Source: Candidatus Hadarchaeales archaeon (lineage in GTDB: Archaea > Hadarchaeota > Hadarchaeia > Hadarchaeales > Hadarchaeaceae). Taken from it: a DNA stretch of 25,568 nucleotides. The stretch is taken from NCBI GenBank assembly GCA_038872135.1, contig JAVZGN010000014.1, positions 1 through 25,568 of the forward strand, in the 5' to 3' direction. The translations under genes and the position numbers were made by a program. The notes under the pieces are model-generated. The model did no database searches and was not told the DNA's origin. It was given only the letters and a program-made list of their open reading frames with translations. Each line of letters opens with the position of its first letter. Position 1 is the stretch's first letter. This document shows, one piece after another, positions 1 to 9,870 of this stretch.

Positions 1-420
1 ATTGAAAAAGCATTTAGTTGGACGGTTTCCTCTAAATTTCTGACCTCTAGAGGACAGAATCACTTACAAGGTCTAGCTGAAGTGAAATGTTGGGATTGCG
101 GCTCGCCAAACCAAGAAAGCCGATGGATATAAATCAATGGAGGAGCTAGGAGGGTACCGTTGCGAGAGGTTTTGGGAATGATAACTCACACAAGCCCTAC
201 CTGAAGAAAGGGATTACTCAAACTCCCTCCCCACATCAATTGATTTGGAAAATCCGGGAATTCTTATACCAACATTTTTGGCATAGGAGGGTTATCCACT
301 GGAATGAGGAACACCAAAGACAAGAACTCCGAGCACGATGACGGGGAAACGGCGCAGGGGATTTGAGCCGGACCTCGGATGGGATCTTGAGCATGGCGCT
401 TTTCCCTCCTTACCTCTTAA

Positions 421-462
421 CATAGTTCTAGGGGTAGAACTAGTTCTAAGGGTAGAACTATG
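421..462. promoter_or_regulatory. Tandem palindromic operator-like element (2 x TAGTTCTA-N4-TAGAACTA) overlapping the ATG of the ATPase-wHTH pseudogene
   Basis: CATAGTTCTA GGGG TAGAACTAGTTCTA AGGG TAGAACTATG: 18-bp tandem repeat; palindromes at 423-442 and 441-460; the whole 42 bp is an inverted repeat except the two 4-bp spacers; ATG at 460-462. Confidence 0.7.
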
Positions 463-714
463 CTGTTTGGCCCAGAACCAAAAGAAGAAAAAGATTTCCA
501 CAACAGGGGACTAGAAATGCTGAGAGCGATGGCCAGCGGTGCCAGCACTTGCTTCGAAATCTATGAAAGGGCTAGCTTAAAGCTCGGTCCCAAGTCCAAT
601 CTCACCTAGCTACTGGACAAATTGGTGAAATACGGGTACCTCGAGAGGAGAGATGATGGTTCTTTCATGATCCCTGACCCAGTGGTCAGAGACGTGGCCA
701 CTTCTGGTGGCTGA
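460..714 (+). pseudogene. Remnant of an archaeal ATPase with C-terminal winged-helix (COG1672-like), ATPase core deleted, internal TAG
   Basis: Manual translation MLFGPEPKEEKDFHNR-GLEMLRAMASGASTCFEIYERASLKLGPKSNLT*LLDKLVKYGYLERRDDGSFMIPDPVVRDVATSGG*. The N-terminus resembles the family's MLFxxxPK..D(L/F)xxR start and the C-terminus its L..LVKYG(Y/F)LE...IPDPV wHTH end. No Walker A; TAG at 607-609. Confidence 0.7.
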
Positions 715-814
715 AGCCGGAGCGATCTGGAGGGCTAGATTTTTTTGGGATACATATGCGTGAACTTGATGACGACACATTCTTAACTCCAAAAAAGAAT
801 TTTACTAAGATTGA

Positions 815-1351
815 ATGGAGGAAATCTCCACTGCAGAGGCCGAAATTCACAGGGGAAAGATAATAGTCTGGAATGAATCGCAGGCAAGCAGCATCTACCA
901 GGGAGGATACTATGGGAAGCCCCTCAGCGGGGGGAAGCTTCAGCTAGCGCCGGTTGAGGCCCTTTACCTTGTGGAGCGAGGAAAGCTTACAGTTCTCGAT
1001 GAAAATGGAGAGAAGATGAAGTTCAAGAAAATTTTTGCAAAATTCTCAGAGCTGGATCCGGAGCTCCCCCTGAAATATGCCGCTTATGCAGATCTCCGTT
1101 CCAGAGGCTATATCGTCAAAACTGGGCTAAAGTTTGGTGCTCATTTCAGGGTTTATGAGAAGGGAGAGGTTCCCGGGCAGGCTCATTCAAAATTCTTGGT
1201 CCACGCCATTCCAGAGTTCACAAAGATAACTCCAACCGAGCTTGCGAGAGCCGTGAGGCTCGCCCACAGTGTGAAGAAGAAGATAATGCTGGCGATAGTT
1301 GATGATGAAGGAGATGTGACTTATTATTCTATTGCGAGAGAAAGGCCCTAG
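815..1351 (+). CDS. endA: tRNA-splicing endonuclease, single-unit catalytic (alpha) subunit
   Basis: 178 aa; EALYL, YADLRSRGYIVKTGLKFGAHFRVY, HS and RLAHSVKKK motifs carry the Tyr/His/Lys catalytic triad. Confidence 0.95.
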   Translation: MEEISTAEAEIHRGKIIVWNESQASSIYQGGYYGKPLSGGKLQLAPVEALYLVERGKLTVLDENGEKMKFKKIFAKFSELDPELPLKYAAYADLRSRGYIVKTGLKFGAHFRVYEKGEVPGQAHSKFLVHAIPEFTKITPTELARAVRLAHSVKKKIMLAIVDDEGDVTYYSIARERP

Positions 1352-2463
1352 TCCCTGAGCATGAAGTCTTGAAGAACATCCTTTGCCCTTTCCCGCTTCC
1401 TCTGGTGCTCCTCCAGAAACTTCATCACCCTCTCCGCTAGCATCTTCTTGCAGTCACCGCAAATCAGCTCACCGCTCCTGCAGTCCTTGTGAATCCTCCG
1501 GAGTTTCTCATCATCCTGCTCAAACATGAAGTAATAATACTGGTAGACTGAGCAGATCTCCGGCTTTCCACCCTTCTCCCTCTGCTCCTTCGCCGTGGGT
1601 CTTCCCCCCGTGAAAGCGTTCATCACTTTTTTCCTGGCGACTTCTGGAGGATCTGTAGTGAATATTGCCGTCTCGGGCTCGCTGGCGCTCATCTTCCCGC
1701 CCCGGCCGAGACCAGGGATGAACTTGCAGTGGAGCTGGGCTGGCTTGTAGAAGCCGAGCTTCGGGGCAACATCTCTCGTGGGCCTCCAGTATGGGTCTTG
1801 GTCTATGGCCGCCGGGATTAGGCATGGGATGTTCTTCCCTTTCTTGACGGAGGGGAAGAAGCAGGGGGCTGCCTGGATGGCCGGGAAGAAAATCGTTCCG
1901 ATGTTGTTCTCATTTGTAAAGCCAAAAACAGCTTTAACCGTTGAGAAGGTTATGTGCTTTGCCACCTTAACGGCGGTTTTGTAGAGGGTCTTCGCATATT
2001 CAACATCAGAGAAGATGAATGTCTTCCCCTTTTCAAACCCGCAAGCGATGACATCCAGAGCATTGTCGTATGCATAGCCGGTGGCCGTCTCAAGATCCAT
2101 CTCCCTCTTGAAGAGAAACTTTTCATCATCTGTCATCTGGAAATAGAGCTCCGCCCCGAAGACCTCCTGGAGGTGGCGGGTGAAGATCCAGGGAATCAAG
2201 TGACCGAGATGGGTGTTTCCAGACGGCCCCCTCCCCGTGTAGAGGTAAAACTGCTCCCCATTTTCATATCTGTCCAGAATCCAGTCGAAATCCCTGTGGG
2301 AGAAAAAGATTTTTCTTCTGAGCATGTAGTGGAGCTCCCCAGAATATTTTTTCACCCGCTGGAGAAGCTCATCGTCTATTTCCTTTGTGCCGAACTCTCT
2401 GATGAGCTTCCTGTAGTCTACTTTTCCCCTCACCTCCCAAGGGGTAACTACAAACCTTGGCAT
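1348..2463 (-). CDS. trpS: Tryptophanyl-tRNA synthetase (archaeal/eukaryotic type)
   Basis: VTPWEV start, YTGRGPS, HLGH (HIGH), AIDQDPY, KMSAS (KMSKS); GAGGTGA SD upstream. Confidence 0.97.
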   Translation of the reverse strand: MPRFVVTPWEVRGKVDYRKLIREFGTKEIDDELLQRVKKYSGELHYMLRRKIFFSHRDFDWILDRYENGEQFYLYTGRGPSGNTHLGHLIPWIFTRHLQEVFGAELYFQMTDDEKFLFKREMDLETATGYAYDNALDVIACGFEKGKTFIFSDVEYAKTLYKTAVKVAKHITFSTVKAVFGFTNENNIGTIFFPAIQAAPCFFPSVKKGKNIPCLIPAAIDQDPYWRPTRDVAPKLGFYKPAQLHCKFIPGLGRGGKMSASEPETAIFTTDPPEVARKKVMNAFTGGRPTAKEQREKGGKPEICSVYQYYYFMFEQDDEKLRRIHKDCRSGELICGDCKKMLAERVMKFLEEHQRKRERAKDVLQDFMLRD

Positions 2464-2710
2464 TGCTCACCTCGCTCACAACTCCTTTAGGGGTTCTATT
2501 AACCTAACGCTTAAGAAGATGAACTGTTCTGGAGTATTGGCGCGATGAAGAAAAGGCTTGCTGAAAAAATGATGAAGATTTTGAGTTCCGAGCGCCGTCA
2601 TCTAGAAACTGTGAAAATTTAACTGGCTCGTTCACAACATTAAAAATGTGGATCAAAACTCTTTGAGGGACAGAATGCCAGGAAAAGCTTTTCACAATGA
2701 AAAATTTTTC

Positions 2711-3475
2711 ATGAAGATTTGTGTTGCATCTCTCCTAGGTTTTCTCATAGGCTTAGTGGCCGGGCTTCTTGGGGTTGGTGGTGGAGAGTTCAGGCTCCCA
2801 GTTCTCATCTGCCTGCTTGGCCTTCCAGTCAGGGTTGCCGTTGCTGCAAACTTGATAATCGGAATTCTGACTGTGGGGGTTAGCCTAGCGAAGAGGGTGG
2901 CGGTCGGGATTATCCCAACAGCTGCGGGGTTGGTGGTGAGCATGAGCATTGGTTCAGTTGCTGGAGCATATGCTGGTGCCCACCTCACGGGAAAGGTGAG
3001 GGAAAAGCACTTGAAGACAGCCGTGGCGCTGTTGCTACTCATTTTGGGATTAAAGTTTATCCATGGGGCATTCACAGAGGAAGGTGCTTATAGGGCAGTT
3101 ATTGGTTACCCGATCGACTTGGGTGTAGGCGCAATACTCGGTGCCCTCATAGGAGTGGTTTCCGGTGCTCTCGGAGTTGCCGGCGGAGAACTCAGGATCC
3201 CCTGCCTCATCTATCTTTTCGGAATGCCGGTGAAAGAAGCTGGATCCACAAGCTTGGTCATCTCCCTTCCCACTGTCATCACCGGGGCGGCAAAACATGG
3301 AAGGATGGGCCACATCGACAGGCACGTGCTTTATATCTGCATGGCAATGGGCGTACTCAGCATCATCGGTGCTTATTTTGGCGCAGCTTTGGTCCCCGGA
3401 GCTACGGAGTTCTCCCTCAAAATCCTCCTTGGAGCTGTCCTAATGCTGGCCACTGTGAGAATGATAAAACCGTGA
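2711..3475 (+). CDS. Sulfite exporter TauE/SafE (TSUP) family membrane protein
   Basis: Highly hydrophobic; internally duplicated GLLGVGGGEFRLP / GALGVAGGELRIP motifs. Start placed at ATG 2711 (MKICVASLLG) because the ORF-track extension from 2648 is hydrophilic and not family-like. Confidence 0.85.
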   Translation: MKICVASLLGFLIGLVAGLLGVGGGEFRLPVLICLLGLPVRVAVAANLIIGILTVGVSLAKRVAVGIIPTAAGLVVSMSIGSVAGAYAGAHLTGKVREKHLKTAVALLLLILGLKFIHGAFTEEGAYRAVIGYPIDLGVGAILGALIGVVSGALGVAGGELRIPCLIYLFGMPVKEAGSTSLVISLPTVITGAAKHGRMGHIDRHVLYICMAMGVLSIIGAYFGAALVPGATEFSLKILLGAVLMLATVRMIKP

Positions 3476-3553
3476 AGATCAAGGTGATGCCTGCATTTTT
3501 CTCGCAACCGGATGGCTAATACATTTAGAAGCCATGTTTTTCTGGTGAACTCC

Positions 3554-6391
3554 TTGAGCGAAACTTGGGAGCTACTCGCGAAACCCATCCAAAAGCTGCT
3601 GATGGAGAGAGGGATGCTTGAGCCAACACTCCCCCAGAAGAAAGCCATCCCAGAAATCTTGAAAGGGGAAAACATTTTGCTAATAGCTCCGGCCGGAACC
3701 GGAAAGACGGAGGCGGCCTTTCTCCCAATCCTCCATCAGTTGGTTATCTCTCCATCGAGAGTTCCCGGGGCAAAAGTTCTTTACATCACGCCCCTCCGCG
3801 CCCTCAACCGTGACATGCTCGAGCGCTTGGAGTGGTGGTGCAGGGCGTTTGACTTGAGAATTTCTGTGAGACATGGGGACACCCCGGCCCAGGAGAGAAG
3901 AACTCAAGCCATGCTTCCATCCGATGTCATAATAACCACTCCTGAGACCCTCCAGATACTGCTCTTAGGGAAGAGGCTCAGCCAGCAGATGAGGAGCGTG
4001 AGGTGGGTGATTGTAGATGAAGTTCATGAACTCGCCGACAACAAGAGGGGGGCACAGCTTTCCCTCACCCTCGAAAGGCTTAGGGAGCTGAAGAGAGGAG
4101 ACTTCCAGATCATTGGGTTGTCGGCCACCATTGGGTCACCGGAAAAGGTCGCAAAGTTTCTTGTCGGAGTTGGGAGGGACTGCAAAATCATTGACGTCAG
4201 CGTTGCAAAGGAGATAACCATTGATGTCATCTACCCGAAACCTGAGAAAGGCGATGAAGAACTGGCAAGAGAGCTCTATACTTTTCCAGAGGTTGCGGCG
4301 AGGCTGAGGGTGATGCGAGAGCTTGTGGAAAAGCACAACTCATCCCTTATATTCACGAACACAAGGCCGATGGCCGAGATCCTTGGCAGTCGATTCCGTC
4401 TCTGGGACCTGAAGTTCCCAGTGAGTGTTCATCACGGCTCCCTCTCAAGCTTCACGAGAGTGAGGACCGAGAAAGGGCTGAAAGGAGGAGAGCTGAAGGG
4501 CGCCATATGCACCTCCTCCATGGAGCTCGGGATTGACATCGGGAGGATAGATCTCGTCATCCAGTACAATTCCCCACGGCAGGTCACGAGGCTCCTCCAG
4601 AGGGTTGGAAGGAGCGGGCACAGAATTGACCTAATCTCAAGAGGGGTTATCATCGTCCAGGATCCTGACGATGCCCTTGAATCTATTGTCCTGTCCTCCC
4701 GCTCGAAAAAGGCCGGACCAGAATCACTCATTATACCGGAGAAGCCGATGGATGTTCTGCTCCACGCTCTTGTCTCCTTGGCGCTGACCGAGCGGGAAGT
4801 TGAAATTGAAAGGGCAGTTGCGATCTTTAGAAGAGCTTGGGGCTTCAGAAATCTGAATGCTTCCGATGTTCTAAATGTACTTCGTTTTGCCCAGAGCCTG
4901 GAGAGGAGATTTCTAGTAGTGGATGAAAAAAGAAGGGTTTACAGGAGAATTGGGGACCCCGAGAGGATATATGAGTACTATTTCGGCAATCTCTCGATGA
5001 TCCCTGAGTTTGAGCAGTACCTGGTGGTCGACGACGAAAGAAATCAGCCTGTTGGAATCCTCGATGAAGAATTTGTTGTTGAATATGGAGAGCCGGGAAT
5101 GAAGTTTGTTATGGCTGGAGAAATCTGGAGGATTGTTCAGGTGTTCAGGAACAAAGTTTATGTAAAAAGGGATGAGGATCCCCTCGGCGCCGTCCCCACA
5201 TGGGTAGGAGAAGAAATCCCTGTGCCCTTTGAGGTGGCCCAGGAAGTTGGAAGTTTGAGGAGGAAAGTTGAAGAGCTTTTCAACGCCCGGCTTTCCAAAA
5301 AGGAGATAATCAAAAAAATTTCTGGCGAATATGGGGCGGAGCCTGCTCTCGCTGAGGCCCTCTCCGACATCTTTACCCAGCTAGAATCTCATCTGCCCCT
5401 CCCCACAGACAGGGTCATCACCGTAGAACAGGTTGGAGACATCTGCGTTGTGAACTGCTGCCTCGGAACTCTGGTGAACAGAACGCTAGCGAGGCTGATC
5501 GCCCAGAGGCTCGCTGATCATCTCGGTTTTTCTGTCGGGACATCGGTTGATCCGTACAGAATAGCGATAAAAACGAAAGAACCGGTGATCGAAAAAATCA
5601 AAGAAATTTTGAATTCCCCAATTGCCGAGATAAAGCGCGACCTCGAGAAGCTTGTGGCGGAATCAAAGTTTTTCAGGTGGCGCTTGGTTCAGGTGGCCAA
5701 GAAGATGGGAGTGCTTGAGAAAGGTGCTCACGTCACTAGCTCCACTGCCGAGAAACTGGTGAGAGCCCTGAGAGGAACCCCAGCTTTTGAAGAAGCATTT
5801 AACGAGACCATTTTGAAAGATCTCGATATAAACAGGACAATTGAAGTAATTGAGAAAATCAGGAGAGGAGAAATATCAATTGAATCTTTTGGCGAGAGGA
5901 AGAAGCCCACACCCGTCTCATCTCAGTTTTGGAAGAGGCACCGCACGGTGATGGAGCCTTCCACGCCAAGAAGGCTCAAGATTCTCGCCGTGGTCTCAGC
6001 AAAGGCGAGACTTCTTGGGGAAGCCAAAACATTCGCATGCGTTGAAAAGGGGGATTATGTGGCGGAGATGAGGATAGGAGAGCTCCCCGAAAACCCGGAG
6101 TGTCCCTCATGTGGCGGGGCGATTGGAATGGTTGAGGAGCCTCAGGAGGAGGTCTGGAGAGCGATTGAACTCTTCAAAAAGGGTAGAAAAAGTGTATTGT
6201 GGAAAAAGCTGGCCGACACCGCCAAGCTCATCAGAAGATATGGGAAGCCTGCAGCTGTGGCTCTTGGAGGAAGAGGGGTAACAACAGCTGCGGCGGCGGA
6301 AATCTTGGCCAGATGTCCAAAGCTTTCCGATAAACTCTTCGAGCTAATAGTCAGGAAAGAGCAGGAAGCTGCATTCAAGAAATTCTTTTAA
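3554..6391 (+). CDS. lhr: Lhr-family SF2 DEAD/DEAH-box helicase with C-terminal Zn-ribbon-like region
   Basis: [60 protein letters not shown], and the Lhr signatures SMIP and PTWVGE. Likely TTG start at 3554 behind GGTGA SD (3544-3548); the ORF track starts at 3512. Confidence 0.92.
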   Translation: MSETWELLAKPIQKLLMERGMLEPTLPQKKAIPEILKGENILLIAPAGTGKTEAAFLPILHQLVISPSRVPGAKVLYITPLRALNRDMLERLEWWCRAFDLRISVRHGDTPAQERRTQAMLPSDVIITTPETLQILLLGKRLSQQMRSVRWVIVDEVHELADNKRGAQLSLTLERLRELKRGDFQIIGLSATIGSPEKVAKFLVGVGRDCKIIDVSVAKEITIDVIYPKPEKGDEELARELYTFPEVAARLRVMRELVEKHNSSLIFTNTRPMAEILGSRFRLWDLKFPVSVHHGSLSSFTRVRTEKGLKGGELKGAICTSSMELGIDIGRIDLVIQYNSPRQVTRLLQRVGRSGHRIDLISRGVIIVQDPDDALESIVLSSRSKKAGPESLIIPEKPMDVLLHALVSLALTEREVEIERAVAIFRRAWGFRNLNASDVLNVLRFAQSLERRFLVVDEKRRVYRRIGDPERIYEYYFGNLSMIPEFEQYLVVDDERNQPVGILDEEFVVEYGEPGMKFVMAGEIWRIVQVFRNKVYVKRDEDPLGAVPTWVGEEIPVPFEVAQEVGSLRRKVEELFNARLSKKEIIKKISGEYGAEPALAEALSDIFTQLESHLPLPTDRVITVEQVGDICVVNCCLGTLVNRTLARLIAQRLADHLGFSVGTSVDPYRIAIKTKEPVIEKIKEILNSPIAEIKRDLEKLVAESKFFRWRLVQVAKKMGVLEKGAHVTSSTAEKLVRALRGTPAFEEAFNETILKDLDINRTIEVIEKIRRGEISIESFGERKKPTPVSSQFWKRHRTVMEPSTPRRLKILAVVSAKARLLGEAKTFACVEKGDYVAEMRIGELPENPECPSCGGAIGMVEEPQEEVWRAIELFKKGRKSVLWKKLADTAKLIRRYGKPAAVALGGRGVTTAAAAEILARCPKLSDKLFELIVRKEQEAAFKKFF

Positions 6392-6576
6392 CGGAGCCTG
6401 AACCTCTGGAGGACATCCTTGTTCTTCCACCTGTACTGCTTTATCCTCGCCGATCTCCCAAAGCCGCATGCCGAGCAGACCCCTTTTTGGGCATGGTAGG
6501 ATCTCCTCCCGCATCGCCGGCAGCGGATGTGGACGACTTTATGTCTCTTCCCCTTGGATGGAGTTCCCTTGGTCAA
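6388..6576 (-). CDS. rpl37e: 50S ribosomal protein L37e
   Basis: [30 protein letters not shown] zinc finger; likely TTG start at 6576 after GGTGA; conserved archaeal linkage to lsm. Confidence 0.96.
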   Translation of the reverse strand: MTKGTPSKGKRHKVVHIRCRRCGRRSYHAQKGVCSACGFGRSARIKQYRWKNKDVLQRFRLR

Positions 6577-6580
6577 GGAA

Positions 6581-6802
6581 TCACCCACCTGGCGAGATGT
6601 AGACCACGCTGTCTCCCCTGATCATCATCGTCCCGTAGCGTTTCACTTCTTTCTCCAGAACTTCTTCTGCATCCTCAAGCACCAGGTTTACGTGAACATC
6701 AAAACCCGCGAGCTTTCCCCTGAATTCCCTTCCTCCTTTCAGTCCAACCAGAACCTGAGACCCCACTGCCTGGTTCAGGATGTCAAATGGTCTCACTCCC
6801 AT
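6581..6802 (-). CDS. Sm-like archaeal protein (Lsm/SmAP1)
   Basis: [32 protein letters not shown] (Sm1), [11 protein letters not shown] (Sm2); ATG at 6802 likely start. Confidence 0.95.
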   Translation of the reverse strand: MGVRPFDILNQAVGSQVLVGLKGGREFRGKLAGFDVHVNLVLEDAEEVLEKEVKRYGTMMIRGDSVVYISPGG

Positions 6803-6829
6803 AAGTTTCCACAAAACCTATCCTGCCGC

Positions 6830-6837
6830 TTATTTAA
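6830..6837 (-). promoter_or_regulatory. Putative TATA box for lsm-rpl37e
   Basis: TTAAATAA on the minus strand about 28 bp upstream of the lsm ATG, consistent with a leaderless or short-leader transcript. Confidence 0.5.
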
Positions 6838-6983
6838 GCATTTTTTGGGAGCTGCCCATGAAAGTCTAAACAAAACCTCTTCTGGTATTCAATGCCTATA
6901 AAGGCGCTAAGGAACATCAATTCCAATTTTCTAGCTGAAGGAAAAAGAATAAAGGAACAAAAAATAACTCAATTTTCGATTGA

Positions 6984-9869
6984 ATGGTCAGCTGGCGCGA
7001 CATTGAGGAGAAGTGGCAAACAGCCTGGCGGGATGCAAAGATGTTTGAAGCAAATCCTGACAACAGGCCAAAGCTATATCTCACAGTCGCATATCCATAT
7101 GTCTCTGGCCCAATGCACATAGGCCATGCAAGAACTTACACAGTTCCTGATGTCATAGCCAGATACAAGAGGATGCGGGGTTTCAACGTTCTTTTCCCCA
7201 TGGCATATCACTTCACCGGCACCCCAATAGTCGGGGCGGCGAGAAGGGTGGCCAAAGGAGATCAAAGCTTCATCCGCCTTCTCACAGAGTTCTATAAAAT
7301 CCCGAGAGATATCATCGATGATTTCAAAAACCCCTACTTCTTCGCCACCTACTTCGCGAGGGAGGATCCGTCAAGCTACAGGAAGGGGATGGAGGAGCTG
7401 GGGCTTTCAATTGACTGGAGGAGGGAATTCACGACCGTCGACCCCCACTACAAGAAATTCATAACTTGGCAATACCATAAACTCTGGAACGCTGGCCTCA
7501 TAGTCAAGGGAAAGCACCCCGTCAAATGGTGCCCTTCCTGCGGAAATCCCGTCACAGATCACGACCTCTTAGAGGGGGAAGGGACGGAAATCCTAGAGTT
7601 CACTCTTCTGAAATATCGGATGGATGACTATGTGTTCCCAGCTGCAACTCTGCGTCCAGAAACCGTCTTCGGTGTCACCAATATCTGGCTGAATCCTTCT
7701 GCAAAGTATGTGGTAGCGGAAGTCGATGGCGAAAGATGGGTTGTCAGTGAAGAGGCCGTTGGGAAGCTGAAAGAGCAAGGGTACAGGATAGGAAAAACCG
7801 AACCAATTTCCATCGATTTCACAAAAAAGGTGGAGGTTCCCCTCACCCACGCAAAAGTTCCGATTCTTCCAGCGAAATTTGTAGACCCAGGAAATGCCAC
7901 AGGAGTAGTTGGCTCAGTGCCAGCCCATGCACCCTATGATTACATCGCTCTTTTGGAGCTGCAGAAAAACCCGAAATCTCTGGAGACTTTTGGATTGAGC
8001 GAGGAGGATATCTTAAAATTGAAACCAATTTCTCTCATCCAAGTTGAAGGTTATGGAGAGTTTCCTGCGATCGATGCCGTAGAACGGCTAAAAATCCGTA
8101 GCCAGACGGACAGGAAGCTCGAGGAGGCTACAGCAGAGGTCTACAAGGCTGAGTTCGCGAAGGGAAGGATGCGCGAATGGGTGCCCGGTTATGGGGGGCT
8201 CCCGGTCTCGGAAGCTAAGGTTAGGGTGAAAGAAGACATGATCAAAAATGGAGAAGCCGCAGTGATGTATGAGTTCTCCGCGATGCCTGTCACATGTAGG
8301 TGTGGTGCAAAAGTTGTGGTGAAGGTTGTGGAAGACCAGTGGTTCATTGATTATGGGAATGAAGAGTGGAAGGAGAAGGTGAGGGAGCGGCTCCCAAAGA
8401 TGCAGCTGATACCGCCGGAAAGCAGGGCACAGTTTGAGCATGTCCTTGAGTGGTTGCATGAGTGGCCTTGTACAAGAAAAATAGGGATGGGAACGCCAGC
8501 ACCTTGGAATCCTGAGTGGATAATAGAGTCATTGAGCGACTCAACAATTTACATGGCCTATTACACAATTGCTCACCTAATAAAAACCATCCCGCCGGAA
8601 AAACTCACAGATGAAATCTTTGATTACATTTTCTATGGGAGAGGAGATGCCGATAAGATCTCGTCTGAAAATGGGGTGGAGAAAGAAAAGCTGGAAATGA
8701 TGAGGAGAGAGTTTAACTACTGGTATCCTTTGGACTACCGGATGTCAGCTTATGAGCTGATTCCAAACCATCTCACCTTCCACATCTTCCACCATGTGCT
8801 CCTCTTTCCCGAGAAGTCTCCAAGGGGGATAGTTAACTTCGGGATGGTCTCTCTAGAGGGGAAGAAGATGTCGTCATCGAAAGGAAATCTTGTCTCTATC
8901 GGGGATGCCGTGAAGGAATATGGAGCTGATACGATACGACTTTATCTGATGTCTGTCGCTGAACCCTGGCAGGACCTCGACTGGAGAAGAAGCGAGGTAA
9001 TGGGGATGCTGAGAAACCTTGAGCGTTTCTTTTCGCTGGCGGAAGAAATAATTAAAATGCCCGGGAAGGGGATGCCCATGCTGGAGCAGCCGGAGAGATG
9101 GATGCTCAGCAGGCTACAGAGATGTGTGAGCGAAACAACTAGTGCTCTTGAATCTTTTGAAACTAGGAAGGCCGTCCAGAGTGCTTTCTTTGGGTTGATG
9201 AACGATGTGAGATATTACATGAAAAGGGCCCAAAATCCTGAAGCAGAAACTTATGTTTTGAAGAGAGTTCTGGATGTGTGGCTTAGACTCCTCGCACCTT
9301 TCATCCCGCACACCTGCGAAGAGCTGTGGAGCAGATTTGGGGGAAGGGGATTCATCTCAACTGCCCCATGGCCAAAAGCTGAGGCTGGGATGATAGATGA
9401 AGAGGCCGAGTTCGTTGAAGAGTATCTTGGAAAGGTTATAGATGATACGCTCAAGATAAAGAAAATTTTCAGGAGGGAGCCAAAGCTCATCTGCGTGTAT
9501 GTCGCGCAAGAGTGGAAGTGGAATGTGATGAAAATGGTTCTGGAATCCCTTGATGCCGGCAGAGGAGACATCGGGAAGCTTGTGAGGGATGTCAGCGCGA
9601 AACTTGGTCTCAGGCTCTACAAAGCAGAGCTGCCGAAGCTCCTGCAGAAGATGATCGAGATGGTGAAGGAGATGCCGCCAGAAAAGCTGAAGATTCTGAA
9701 ACGCTGCCCCTTAGATGAATACTCGGCACTGAGGGGTGCGACCAACTTTTTGTCCAAACAGCTGGGGGCGGAGGTCAGGATCTTTAGAGCAGATGATCCC
9801 GCAAGGTTCGATCCTCAAAACAAAGCTATTGTTGCATTGCCAATGAGACCAGCAATTTATATTGAGTAA
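6984..9869 (+). CDS. leuS: Leucyl-tRNA synthetase (archaeal type)
   Basis: YPYVSGPMHIGH, CP1 editing motifs ATLRPET and GVVGSVPAHAPYD, IESLSDSTIY, KMSSSKGN, C-terminal ALPMRPAIYIE. Confidence 0.97.
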   Translation: MVSWRDIEEKWQTAWRDAKMFEANPDNRPKLYLTVAYPYVSGPMHIGHARTYTVPDVIARYKRMRGFNVLFPMAYHFTGTPIVGAARRVAKGDQSFIRLLTEFYKIPRDIIDDFKNPYFFATYFAREDPSSYRKGMEELGLSIDWRREFTTVDPHYKKFITWQYHKLWNAGLIVKGKHPVKWCPSCGNPVTDHDLLEGEGTEILEFTLLKYRMDDYVFPAATLRPETVFGVTNIWLNPSAKYVVAEVDGERWVVSEEAVGKLKEQGYRIGKTEPISIDFTKKVEVPLTHAKVPILPAKFVDPGNATGVVGSVPAHAPYDYIALLELQKNPKSLETFGLSEEDILKLKPISLIQVEGYGEFPAIDAVERLKIRSQTDRKLEEATAEVYKAEFAKGRMREWVPGYGGLPVSEAKVRVKEDMIKNGEAAVMYEFSAMPVTCRCGAKVVVKVVEDQWFIDYGNEEWKEKVRERLPKMQLIPPESRAQFEHVLEWLHEWPCTRKIGMGTPAPWNPEWIIESLSDSTIYMAYYTIAHLIKTIPPEKLTDEIFDYIFYGRGDADKISSENGVEKEKLEMMRREFNYWYPLDYRMSAYELIPNHLTFHIFHHVLLFPEKSPRGIVNFGMVSLEGKKMSSSKGNLVSIGDAVKEYGADTIRLYLMSVAEPWQDLDWRRSEVMGMLRNLERFFSLAEEIIKMPGKGMPMLEQPERWMLSRLQRCVSETTSALESFETRKAVQSAFFGLMNDVRYYMKRAQNPEAETYVLKRVLDVWLRLLAPFIPHTCEELWSRFGGRGFISTAPWPKAEAGMIDEEAEFVEEYLGKVIDDTLKIKKIFRREPKLICVYVAQEWKWNVMKMVLESLDAGRGDIGKLVRDVSAKLGLRLYKAELPKLLQKMIEMVKEMPPEKLKILKRCPLDEYSALRGATNFLSKQLGAEVRIFRADDPARFDPQNKAIVALPMRPAIYIE

Positions 9870-9870
9870 G

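Noticed and set aside
1-132. Plus-strand open frame containing KCWDCGSPN (zinc-ribbon-like)
   Set aside because: Single CxxC in a short frame at the window edge with no other family signal.
423-460. Tandem repeat as a mini-CRISPR
   Set aside because: Two adjacent 18-bp units, no spacers, no cas genes.
292-501. ORF-track 69-aa minus ORF, and a tRNA T-arm-like stretch (GGCTCAAATCCCC) near 350-370
   Set aside because: The ORF runs through the palindrome and opposes the pseudogene; no cloverleaf can be built around the T-arm-like stretch.
607-609. TAG as a pyrrolysine codon
   Set aside because: No pyl genes in the window and TAG is the normal stop for endA, trpS, trpA and others; the gene is already deleted internally.
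2569-2630. Box C (ATGATGA) suggesting a C/D sRNA
   Set aside because: No properly spaced CTGA box D or C' box.
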